A stretch of DNA of 64,000 nucleotides from Lingula anatina (lineage: Eukaryota > Animalia > Brachiopoda): positions 41,394,788 to 41,458,787 of the forward strand of contig CM120640.1 in the NCBI GenBank assembly GCA_051362555.1, given 5' to 3'. The first letter of the stretch is position 1. Each line of letters begins with the position of its first letter. The notes beneath the pieces were generated by a model that worked only from the letters and a program-made list of their open reading frames with translations, made no database searches and was not told the origin of the DNA. Both the position numbers and the translations under genes were made by a program. Shown one piece after another: positions 1 to 12,900 of this stretch.

Positions 1-2854
1 TCCAATCAAGTCTCTGCTTATGGGGGTTCAGGCCAGGGATTTTTTTTTCTATTTTGATTCATCTAAACAAATTTAGTGAAGCCAGCTTTGTCAATCTCCC
101 TTTTCTCCAACATAACAGATGCCCCGCCTCCCAACTAAGCTACATAAGGGTGCTTGTATGGCAAGGAATTGCAAGTCAAATTGAGAGTTTACAACAGTGT
201 AAAAAATTACTCAAGGTAAATGGACACATTTCCTGTTGAGTAGTTTCTTATTGAAAATAGCCTGGCATATAAATAGACGGGACATTCACCAGGGGCCTCC
301 ACTGTAGTTTTCTGACCATCCCCCAAGGTGAACAACTTCACAAGCCACTGGTGACGGTAATCAAGACAGGCCATGCATGGGCAAGACAACTTGGGTTGAT
401 TTCCAGTTGTCATGGCAACACTTTACCCTATGGTGAAACTGCCTGCTCATTTCACATTTTACATCCACATGGCTGAGTGTGAATATAGGCAGAAAGGGAA
501 GTCCATATCCCGGACTCCGTTTTTTCCAGCACTTTTTCTTTACTTCATTTACTCCATGTTTCAAGGAAAAAAGTGTAATGACTGATATCTAACTGTTATG
601 GTTTTGATTTAAAAACTCCAACATCTTTATATTTCAGAACATCCTTTTTACTTCCAGCAATTAATACTAAGAAGAAAACATAAAGGAATGAAAAAAGAAA
701 TCTGGGAGAAAATTAGCAATATATATGATAATGAAATAATCTAGTTTGTAAAACATGGCATATTTTATTCACATGTTTGTCGCAGTTAGAAGTGTATATT
801 AAATGGGCTGGTCTCTCAGGGGAGTGCGGTTCTATATTCAAACTGGATTATTAAGTTATCACTTTCTATTGATCATGTAAATACACAAGTTCGCTGGCTG
901 TGATTTGAGTCTCATAACAAATCTTCCTGCACAATTCCCTGGGGGTTGCCTATTCTTTCTAGTAATAGCTAATGTATCTTGGGGCACTCAACTATGCAGT
1001 GTGCTCAGCATATGCCTTGTTGGAATTCATATTTATCGACAGTTTGTTTCAAGTAAGCTTAACATCAGATTATCTAGCAGTGCAGCAGCAGGGAGGGTAA
1101 TTACATGGCTGACTCTCAAATACTCAATTTTATCATTAATTTGCTAACTAGCATTCTTATCCAATAGAAGGGAAGTAGTACGAAAGCCATTCTGAGGGAA
1201 CATACAGTGCACCCGAGTTATCTGAGATGGAATAATCGTCCAATGAAATCAATACTAACTCTGCAGGTTTTCTCTGTGAGACGCATCCTTTGTGGTAATC
1301 CAATGAAAATCATCCTACTATTTGTGCAGGCCAACCCTTGGTGTCTTTACGCCTGATGAGCAATCAAAACACATCGTGGTTAAGAGCCAATGAAGCTTCC
1401 AAAACAGGTCCCCAAACCCCTTAGATCTCCATTCAAACAGAAGCAATATGATTTACAATAAAGCCTCTCAATGGAAAGTTTTTTTTCCACCATGTATTGT
1501 TTGGGCACAGGTATGGGAAGATAGCACGGCATCAAAGATATTATTTACAAGATACCAAATGGACTGCACTTAAAATCGGGGGTATTCACATGAGCATTGT
1601 GCGGCTGCCTCTTAACCAATCAGCGCTATCTCCCCATTGTCATGGCTTCCCTTTCACTGCATAGAAAATAAATGAGATTAGGGCCATCCCTTTGACGAAG
1701 GTCTAGTGAAGCGCACACCATCTATTCTCTGTAGATTTGCCCCTGCCTCTCTTGATATCACCTTCTATTCATTTCCAATTACCATGATCTTTAGGCGTTT
1801 GATTGCAACTGACACATGACGGCTACAAAGGCCGAGGAAATTAACTCACGTACTGTACACAAGCTTCAAGTCAACTTTTTTCCTGACGCAGAAACTTTGA
1901 ATTATTTCTAAGATTTTGCCATGACTGATCACTGTGCCTGGAAAACATGTCAGCTCTGTGCTTGTTTGCATGAAAACCATTGAAGAGTTAATTACTCAAG
2001 AAATCCCTAATTTCCTCAATGAACAAAGTGTTGTAGTATCGAGTGCAAGGTACACAGAGCTTGCTATTCCTTGGCAAACCAAGCAAACTGGAACTACTGC
2101 CTACCTGGAAGCTGCACACCTAGGTGACACAAGAATTAGGAAATTACTTCAATACAGCTTACGTTTATGTTAAATACAGTCCAAGGGAAATTATTTCACT
2201 GCACATTAAACACCGTGATCTAAGCTCCTTCAAATATCAAGTCATCAGATCAAGGCAGGCAATTCAGTCGAGTTTGTTTATGTAAGACGGGCAATACATA
2301 ATAGCCATGTGAATCTGAAATATAATTTCTGTTTACTTTTTATTAAAAGTAATAACGCAGATGCCAATGGAAAAAAAAGAAGAATTTTCAGCAGGAACCA
2401 TAAAAAGCAATAAAACTGCGTCAATTCAGCATCATCATATCAGTTCAGTGCACCACATTATAGCCATATTCCATTGTTTCCTTGCTCTCAATAGGTGGAG
2501 AAATCAAACCAAATATCAAAGTTATGAAAACATCAGACTCTGAATAGAAAGCATGACAGTGGACATTTTGTGGGCCAAATCTGCGGCTTAGATCTCAGCC
2601 TCAGGTAAAATCCACACAGAGACAATGTCTTGGCACCACTCAGTTCACCACTGTTTTTCTGCTTTTCAAACTTATCAATTCTCCGTGCTCAAATTTTGTG
2701 AAGTTAGCAAAGCTGTAAATAAATCATAGGACACCCAACATTGTATGAAGGGAAGGCAAGAGTATTCTTGTGACACAATGGAAACTTTGTGTGTTTAGCT
2801 TGTCTGCGTTGTTTATAATAACATAACATGGCCTTTACACAACCCAGACCTGTC

Positions 2855-2941
2855 ACTCTTTCAGACAAAAATTCTCTTTATTCAATCAAATGACATATAA
2901 TTATACTATTTTAATTCACTCAAAATTACAGGCGCATTAGT
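2855..2941 (-). other. Probable terminal non-coding (3' UTR) exon of RBM19
   Basis: Donor AG|GTATGC two nt after the stop (GT at 3987-3986). Strong poly-T-CAG acceptor at 2944-2942. AATAAA on the minus strand at 2882-2877. Confidence 0.55.
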
Positions 2942-3989
2942 CTGAAAAAAAAAAGGTCCAATTTTATAAAGCTATTCCACTATCACACCAACGATACAGT
3001 ATTGTCCTATCCATACCAAGTTCAAAGGTTTCAATCAAATGAGCAAAAAAGGTGCACTACATTATCCTGGCTGTACACAGCAGTAAGCAGTGGCCAATAG
3101 GCTGGAATGGCCCACAAAGCTGTGGGCGGGGTAAATAACAACAAGAATGAGTTCAACATAAACTTTTTCATTCTCGCACGTTCATAAACACACAGTAATA
3201 TGGTCAAGTTTCAACCCACAGAATCGTGTCACCTGTTATATTTACCAATAAACTGATACTTGAAAGGAAACAAAATTACAACTCTCCCAAAATCTCCTCC
3301 CCTCAGCTAAGAATCTCATTGATGTCTTAGAAGTAATAGATCTAACAAAAGTATGCCCAGGCTTTGTTGTGATTTTAAAAAATCCTAAAGGAGCCTTCTC
3401 TCTTAAATCGTTTGACCACCGGGGACCTTTTGATTGGCACAAAAAGAAAATAGCCCCCAGTCATATTTTTTGGTTGACTACAGATCACACTGTAAAATGT
3501 ATCAAAATTATTCTTCTGCCATAAGGGGCACCGGGTTCAATGTTTGAGCCCTGGGAGGTTTATTGACCACATTTCCTTGACAGCAGTAAAAATCATCATT
3601 TCAAAAACAAGCATGCAGCAGCAACCTTTGTGACTCACACAAAGCCAACACTTGGAATTATAGACAAAATTCCCTAAACAGCTCACACAGTCTGAAGTAA
3701 TTAAACTTACTAAGTACCCAATTCTCCTGACCAAAGGCAATAATCAGAATAACAATGGCAAAGAAAAAAAAACAACTAATGCATAATTTAAGAAATGGAG
3801 GAAAAATATGGATCAACCCCCCCCCCCCCCCCCCCCCCCAACACACACACACTCCCTGACTTTCATCCTGCCCATCTCAAGCAGTGGCTAACCGCCATGG
3901 GACCTGTGCTGCATGCTAAGACTACATCTCCCTCCCTGATGACAGGCTGAGGCTATGGGAAGGTGCAAGAATATTAACACAGCATACCT

Positions 3990-6900
3990 TCAATCACCTC
4001 CACCTGCCTGGAGGTCCTCCATCAAATCTGACTTCTTCTTCTTTTTCCTGGGAACATCTGAGAAATAATAAAATGAAACTGAATGAAAAAAAATTCATCC
4101 AAGTTCTTCATAGACTTGGTAATCTTTGTTGGAAATGAAAAATCTCGAATGGGCTTCATTTCGATTTGATTCCAAGATAATGCAACAATAGACATTTTAG
4201 AGATTTTATCAAGATTTAATTCCAGAGAAGTGATATCCGGTGTGCAGTTGTTATACAATCAATCAATAGATCAATCAACAGCCACACTAAATGCAGAATA
4301 TAAGTATAGCATTTCATCTCAGCACTTCATCTGGTTCACATCCTATTTGAAAGTTGCAAATAATAGCCTAAGATAAATATAGATTTCTTATTTGAAGAAC
4401 TCCTTGGCATTTTTTTCACAATGAAATAAAATGACGGAAAGGCATTTAGCCTTAGCTTTCATTGATAAACTAAAAATACATTAAAATACTTCACAAGTCT
4501 GGCTTAGTCCATGCAGACTTCACTTGAACAATCAGGAAGTTATTTGTGTCAAATAAATAACTGTACCACCTTTGTAGTCACGCGTGTAAGGCAAGCAAAT
4601 TAATCACAACATAGCCTTGTAGAGGAAACATTTCTCTTTCTCTTATCAATCAGCATGTGAGATTTTAGTTTGTAAATGTATAACAGTAGTTTTCATAAAA
4701 TCAACTGACACAGATATCAATCACCACAGCACATTGTGAATTAAATGATTAAGAAACACTGATTTACATGACACATATCTACCTCATTCATTGCTATTTT
4801 TTATTTTACTATAGAAAATACTTATCTCCTTTTATTTTGACTTTTTAATAAGACTGGAAATTTATTATTTTGACTGAAATATTTAACTATGATTGAAAAT
4901 AATTTTTTATACAAATACTAATAATATTTTGAAATATTAAAAATTCTGACCTTCATGGAAATGTTCAGCAGTTTTCTTTCTCAGCTGCTCCACCGTTTCC
5001 TCAGTATCGGCCCATTCTAATACCAGACGTCTGCCAAATAAGTGAGTGCTGTGACACAGGGCATTGAAGGCTCTCTGAACAGAAATTATCATGTAGCTCA
5101 ACTGGTTTTCTTCAGTACGAATATGTATATAAACAGGATTTTAAAGTGAGAAAACAAATTCAGGTAATTCAAAAATAATTAAATCTAAGAAGTAAGACAA
5201 GGAAAAAAATGTTTTTTATATGTCAAAGATTTTTTGGGCTTCAATCTATTTAATTTCTTTTTGTAAATCATAACAGAACTATAACATCATGAGTTGGTTT
5301 GCAATATTTCTACTTTAATAATTTTTCTTCACAAAAAATAATATTCCCTAAAACTAACCTATATTCACCTCAAAACATTTTGTGACTAATACTCTAGAGT
5401 ATGAATTATCTGATAAACAATTCAAATTATTTTTATAGATTATTATCTGCTGCACTAATCTTAATATTTAAAAAACACTTAAAGTGGTGAGAATGAGGAA
5501 GTATTTCCTGTAACCTGGTTTTAATTTCTCATTTTCAAAAGAAATATGACATAAAAATGTGCTACAGCATACAACATTTTGAAAACCTCTACACTCCATA
5601 AAAAATACAGATGAAACAGCAGTAAAGAAGGAAAGAAAAAGGGGCTGCCACATTGAATTTCACTTTATAGAATAATGATAATGATTTAAACAGTAATCAA
5701 CATAATTCATTCAGGTAAAATCCCAGTAGTTAAGATCTTATCTCCAAGGTGGTAAATGAAGCATTGGCATTATCTAAGCCTGGATCTAAATCTCAGGTGT
5801 GACTGGAGGCATAAATTGTCGGTGTTCACATTTGCGTTGAAAGCCAATTGCCCCCTGGAACAATGCCTGGGCGATGCAAAGGATGAGTCTTCACAAACCC
5901 GTCCCTTCTCACCTGGGCAATAGAGATATCCTGTGAATTGTCCCGCGCCACTCAGGCAGACGTAGGTAAACACTCACCAAATGATACATTGTGCAGGCTT
6001 ACACCAGGGTTGATTGGTCCCGAATACTTAATAACCAGTTAAGATACAATAAAATATTGCAGTGGAGTATTAAGTGTGTTGTTTATTATCAGGCTGCACT
6101 GAGCTACCCTGTGGTGAACTCACTGTCTTAGTTTAGGATGGTGCGGACAATGGGATGGCACGGACACCCATTAAGAGTTCACGCAAAAGGTTAGCTGATC
6201 TAAAATGGAGGACAATAAATATAAAGAAAAGAAAAACTGTAAAAGCACCACAATTTAGTAGACATGAAAAATTTTACAACAGCTACATTAGGGCCATTTG
6301 CATGCACAACATGACACAAAGTGAGTCACACAGCGCTGCGCTATGGTGTGTGGACAAAGGAAGGACTTGTATACCGAGATGTTTCCTTCACAATGGAAAA
6401 TACATTCCAAACTTTTATTTCCCCTTTTTATTAAGCAGAGGTGTAATTTGAAATCTTTTAATGTAAAAAAAAAAAAAAATGGAATGATTCAGAGATGCTC
6501 CATCATAATATAGTATTAAATCTTTGAACATGCAAGAGCAAAATGTTTTAAAGGCATAGGGGTAAATGTTTTGTATAACAAAAATTGAGTATTTTATAGA
6601 TAACCACCAATATCTATTTTGCAGAGTATTTCACACACAGATAATTTGTCACCATATGCCTTTTTAGAGAATTATTATACTATTTTCTAATACTCTTTAT
6701 TAATAACCTAGCAAAATTTCCCTCCCATTAAAAAAAGTTTCACAAATAAAATTCTCAGACTCTCAAGATAAAAAAGCCAAGCAATATTCTATTTTTGGCC
6801 CACGGGGTGATGTGAAGTGATATAGGTGTTTGAAATAGATTAAATTTCCAAGCCACAGTTTTTGTTTCATCTGCATTGTCTCGTCTTCCACCTCAGCCTA

Positions 6901-9900
6901 CATACATTCTTTCCACATGAAATAGGCATTCTATAAAAGAAATCATTTGATGAATGTTTCCATTCAGAAAAAGAAGTTGGGCTGCTTTGAATAGTGACAT
7001 GCAGCAATGAATCAAAAAGCCTTTCTTTTTTATTTCACACATTGTATTGATTTGTATTGCAGTTTTCATTCTTTTCCTCACTGAATCAACATGCTCCCGT
7101 TACAGGTCTGTGTCAATCTAAGATGCTAAATCATTCTTCACAAACTACATTTCATTTTACCTCCTCAGTGACACTGATAGATCTTGTAATGAATGAATGG
7201 AATAGTCAAGGCGTGATAACTCTCGCATGGACAGAACTTGAGTAAATACAAGGAACAATAGAATACCAGCACCATAATTCTTCCCTGATATTAAATATAA
7301 GAAATAAGAAAGTGAAAAAAATCTGTTATTTTTAGAATAACATTTGGCAGGTAATGAAAAAAATAGTGTATATACCTTTGCATCCTGTTTTGACAAGAAG
7401 TCAACAAAGCCAAATCCACGATGACTACCGGTCCCACTGAGTTTTTTAGGCAGACGAACTGATTTAATCTCGCCAAAAGTACTGCAAGAAAATGAAAGAA
7501 AATAAAATCTGACTTCTTTAAATTAGGTTCCCATCTAGCTTCATGTCAGCCAAAATATCAATTCCAGCGTCCTCATTTTACATAATGGACCTGCCACAAC
7601 TGATTTGGCGATCTCTAATTGAATGGTAATGAGAAGTTTAATGTGCTTGCACTGTGTGCTACTGGGGAGCTGAGTGTGGTAGAGAAGACAGCTGAACTTC
7701 ACAGGGGTCCTAAGCAATGGTCACTCTAATACGCTGGTTATTTATCAGTTTATCTCTCTTCTACACTCTACTATACTACTTCTCTCTCTACTTTAAATAC
7801 AATTTTACATTAGAATGTTATATCTTACATTTCTTTACATGCAACTTTTTAGAACCACTGCTACATCTCCTTGTACTAAACATATGAAACCATTATCACT
7901 GCATCTTTTTCCATACTGATGGCAGTAATTCTAATGGTTCTGAATGTTACCTGAAAAGTTCTCTGATTTCCTTGAGGGATGCTTCAAATGGAATATTCCT
8001 GATTAGCACCTTCGTTGATGTTTGTTTTTTTGACGCGGACTTTTTGCTACTTGTTGGTTGCTTTTGTCTGAAATAACAGGAACAGTTACAAATTTCATCA
8101 ACATTTCCAATGAAGTGATATTTGTGAAACAGAATGTTGGTCAGAGTTTAAGAGGTTGCAGGCAGTGTTTTAGATATGGAAGGCACGTTAGATGTGACAG
8201 TCTGTTTAACACATCCTCTGTATGCAGAATAGCATCATTTACATCATTTCCTCATCATGTTATTGAGCCCGTAAAGTTTTTCAATTTTGATGTTTTATGC
8301 GCTGTAATTGTTATGTTATACATCCAAGATCACAATCAGTCTGCATTACACTTTCAAGTCTCCATATTTCTTAGCTGCTTTATGAAAGGAGAAATCTAAT
8401 TCGCTGTTCCTAATCAAGGTTAATTTTGGGTCACTTGGGCACCATTCTGTTTAAATGTGTTCTGGATAGGGAGAGGAAGTTGCTATATACCCTTGGCTAC
8501 TGAAGATTGGACAGACAGCACAGGTGATGTTGGTTAAATATGACTGACAGTTTGTTAGATGCTACTCAGTGTATACAAAATGTTAAACATAGAATTTGGT
8601 GAAACATATATCACTTACAATGTTGTTCTTTCTGATATTTTTAGTTCCACACTATGTCCATCTAGTTTGTTATGCTGCAACTGCTTCAAAGCCTTCATGG
8701 CATCTGGTTTACCTCTGAACTCAACAAAACCATAGCCCATAGAGAGAAAATTCCCTGGTTTTTTCATGTCTTTCTTTTTAGCAACTGTTGCAACTTTAAC
8801 TTTACCAACACTACTGAAAAACTGAAATAAAGAAAACAAATGGAAAGCTTGTTCTGTTTGATATGCAACTATTGTTATTAAAAATCAAACTCTCTGTAAA
8901 AAGCATGAGTATATTATAAAATCCAAATTGTGATCTAATTTTTGGCACTTAAGAACCACATTTAGATAAAATAATAATTATTACCAACTGTATTCATACA
9001 AAAATAAGCGCACATGAAACAATAACAGAGGTTGTCAATTCTTTCTCCCCCACCACCTACACCAATATACCTGTTTCAGTCCCTCATCAGTGGTATCAAA
9101 ATTCAAGTTCTTAACAAACAAAGTGCTTCCTGGTTCATTAACAGCCTCTTCATCTTCTTCCTCTTCTTTATCAGCTAACCTTGGGTTCTCTTCTCCTGTC
9201 ATCTTTATTGAAAATAAAGAAAATAAAAAACTTACCAACAGGAAATCAATTTTAGAGAGTCTACAAAAGACTTTGCTGAAACTGCCAACATACAGGACCA
9301 TTCTTGTGTATGCCAGACAAAATTGCTTAGGTGGTGAATGAGCCCGACCCACTTAAATTTAAAGGAAATGAAGTTTTTTACACCAATTTTTTTTTATATG
9401 GAAAGAAATGCATTGGACATTAGTTTGGTAAGTGGCAATTTTTTTTTACAAATGATCATGTTGTGAGAGATTTAAGTTTTCATTTAAGATGGATCACTTT
9501 ACTCATTTTGTAATCTATTATTATATTTTTCTGAATGAGACAACATTACTATAACTACCTCGCTGCTTTCCACACTTTCCTTCCCTTCCCCTGTTGCCTG
9601 GTTCTGTTCCTGAGCTGGTGCAGTGAAGACTCCCACTGGAGCCCACTCCAGATACAGTGGAACATGCTGAAACTGAGAACACCATGACATATATATATTT
9701 AACGCCAGGATAATGTGCTTCATGTCTGAAAGGAAAATTACTAATATATAATAAAATAAGTACCATAAAAAATGACTGAAAATCTGATATTGGAAAAAAA
9801 CTCTATGTATACACAGAACTGAAATTTAAACAAAATCAACCTGTTGATATGATAACACTTTGGGGTGCCATTTCTTTACATTCAAATCAATATCAGTAAA

Positions 9901-12900
9901 TGCATTACTTTGGTATATGCCAGATTCCTAAAAGCTCTTCTGGCCTCTGAAGGTTCCAGGAACTCCACTATGGCTGTCACTCCTGAAGGAGGGAGAATTA
10001 CTCTGGAAACAGTGCCATGTTTGGAAAATATAGTTCTGATTTCCTCGGCTGGCGTGCCTGAAGGGAGATTTTTCACCAACATTACAGTTTTACTTCTTTC
10101 CATCTTTCCTTGACTGAATGCTTCTAAGGAGACTCCATTTTCTGTGAGGAAATCTCTGGTCTCTGACACAACATGTGTTTCTCCCAGAGCCATCCTGACA
10201 CCAACACTTTGCCTAGACTCCTGGAACATAAACAGCAACAGAATTAGCTCATGTATGCAGATAATCTGTAGACAATCATACCAATGTATATCAATATTTA
10301 TACAGTATATGTGTATAACTATAACGGACATAATAATATATCAGGTGGACGAATAGAAGGATGGATGGAAAAATGACAGATGAATTGAAGGATAAACAGG
10401 CAGATGAAGAGCCAGACAAACTATAGAAGATCAAATTATTATAATGACAGATGTTAGTTACAATAAAATTATTTCAAATCAAATTTATGTAGTGTGAGTT
10501 TTTTTTAATCATGCTACATTTTAACTAATTCAATTAGAATATTAAACTGAAATATAGGTGAAGTGGGTTGACTTACAGGATCTAACAACTGACTTTTTGA
10601 GGTGCCATACTTCTCTGCTATCACATCAGCCACAGCATTAGCACCAAGGAACAGAGAGTTCCAGTTATGTGAGCTAAACCAATTAAAATATCACATAAAA
10701 CTTAACTGGTCCATCAAAAGGTAAAAACAAAAATACATTTGTCAAATAGTAACAAGCGGAAACATTGCTTAAACATATCTATTTCAAATCACTAAATATA
10801 CGTATGTCAATTTTATTTATTTGCCTAAATTTTTTTTTTATTTGTGATCTCTTTCACATTTACAAACATACACATAAATTTCTATTTACCTTCCAGCATG
10901 AGCTTTCTGCTGTGCTTGTCTTTTCTTCTTGAAGGAAGACTCATCTACAGTAAAACAACAGCAGGACATGAACAGTGAAGGTTTAAATGTTTCTCAATAT
11001 AAAATTTAATAAAACTTCATTTATACAACATGTAACAAAAGAGAAAAATGACCGATTTTAATACACTTTGATTCATATTCATCACCTCTAAAGCTATCAT
11101 TTTCAACTTATATTATCATGTTATAGTGACAATATCAGCATGATCTCAGGTTTTACCTGAAGCATCTTCACTTGGGTCTTTCTTGGTCTTAGCAGGGAGG
11201 ATGTGCAACATGCGCCCCTAGAAGTGCAGAAAAAATGTCTCCATTGATAGCCAAAGAAAACCACATGCAACAATGATAAAGCACAAGTAAAAAAAAAAAA
11301 TGTAAATGAACTGAAATACTATGTACCAAGGTGTAACTCACAGTTGGTAGACATGATACTGTTCACATTAAAGATATTGTTTACCTGGAAAACTGTTCCA
11401 TCACATTCTGTGTAAGCCTTCACACCATGTTCTGGAATTACATATGTTATGAAAGCAAACCCCTTCACTTTCTTGGTAAAGGTATCTATTGGAAGATGAA
11501 CCTCTGCCAGTGGTCCTGAAATAAAGAAGAGTGAAACCAGGTTAAATGTGTTACCTGTAATCATATGTCATGCAACCTGATTCTAGGACAATTCCCCCCC
11601 GGACAATTCCCCCCGGACAATTCCCCCCCAGGACAATTCCCCCCCTGGACGATTCCCCCCCGAAGAATACATATATACAAATATAAAGAAAAGAGTACAA
11701 AGTTCAAATCTTTCATCCATTTTCTGAATATTTTTAGTGTGTTAATACAACTTCATCATGAAACAAATGATTATATAACAAATTCCTTTTTTATTGAGTA
11801 CAAGTACAGGAAGATTTATTAAATATCTAATCAAAGTATAACCACCTATCCTTCAGGTAAAGGTGGGGTAAACAGATGAACAGGTAAACAGATATTTTAT
11901 GAATATTTTTAGTGTGGATGGTGGTGGGTTGTGGTCAAGCAATTAAAAGTGACAAACAGTCAAAGGGATACCTGGATAAGCGAGAAAATCTGTTAACCCC
12001 ACCTCTCCCTAGAGATGCACCTTGATTCAAGACTTACTCAATCAAGGGGGGAGTAATAAAGCAATTAAAAGTAACAGTTAATTCATCAAAGGGTTCCCGC
12101 GATGAGTGAGGTCATCTGTTTGCCCCTCCTTTACCTGGAGATATACTTTGATCAAACTTTTTAGAAAATGTTCTGTACATCTATCTTGAAAATTTTATGT
12201 ACTTGTACTCCATGAAAATAATTTCTTTAATAAAATTAATATTATGTATTCTCGAGTTGCATCATCACACTAAGAAATATTCAGAAAATGGATGAAAAGA
12301 TTTGAACTTTGTACTCTTTACTTTACATTTGTATATAAATATATGTATTCTTTGGGGGGGGGGGGGGGGGGGGAATTGTCCTGATACCATGCAACGTACA
12401 CTCATAACAATAATAAAAAATACAAAACTCGTCAAAAATAAAAAAAGGCACTCTTACCAAACTTTCCAAAATGTTTTTCCAGGTCCTCCTCTGTGCAAAG
12501 GTATGACAGGTTCCTCACATACAGTCTACCAGACTGAAAAAAAGGAGTACCAATTCTTAAACCACCAATTCTTAAACCACAATTTTTCCAAACATAGTTC
12601 CAAGCTTTAAGAGAAAATTTCTTGTGGGTTCTCTACTACTTCTTCGGCTTAACTGTCTACCAGGCCATTATGTTTTGCTGTGCTGCATTGCATTTTTATC
12701 TTTCACTACTGTTTCTCCTCAGCCGTGATAAGTAAACAAGAAAAGGAAAAGTCAAAATATATTTTACCTCTGCAATGGTTTCATCATCATTCCCATCTTC
12801 TGCTTGTTCCTGCAACTGGATAAAACACCATTCTAAAACCTTATTGAAAATTTTAAAGAACTAGAGGATCAGAGAGGCGATACCGCCTCCAGATATTGTA

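Noticed and set aside
54-3852. Short ORFs of 60-80 aa left of RBM19
   Set aside because: No recognisable domains, no coding-like composition and no consistent splice chain.
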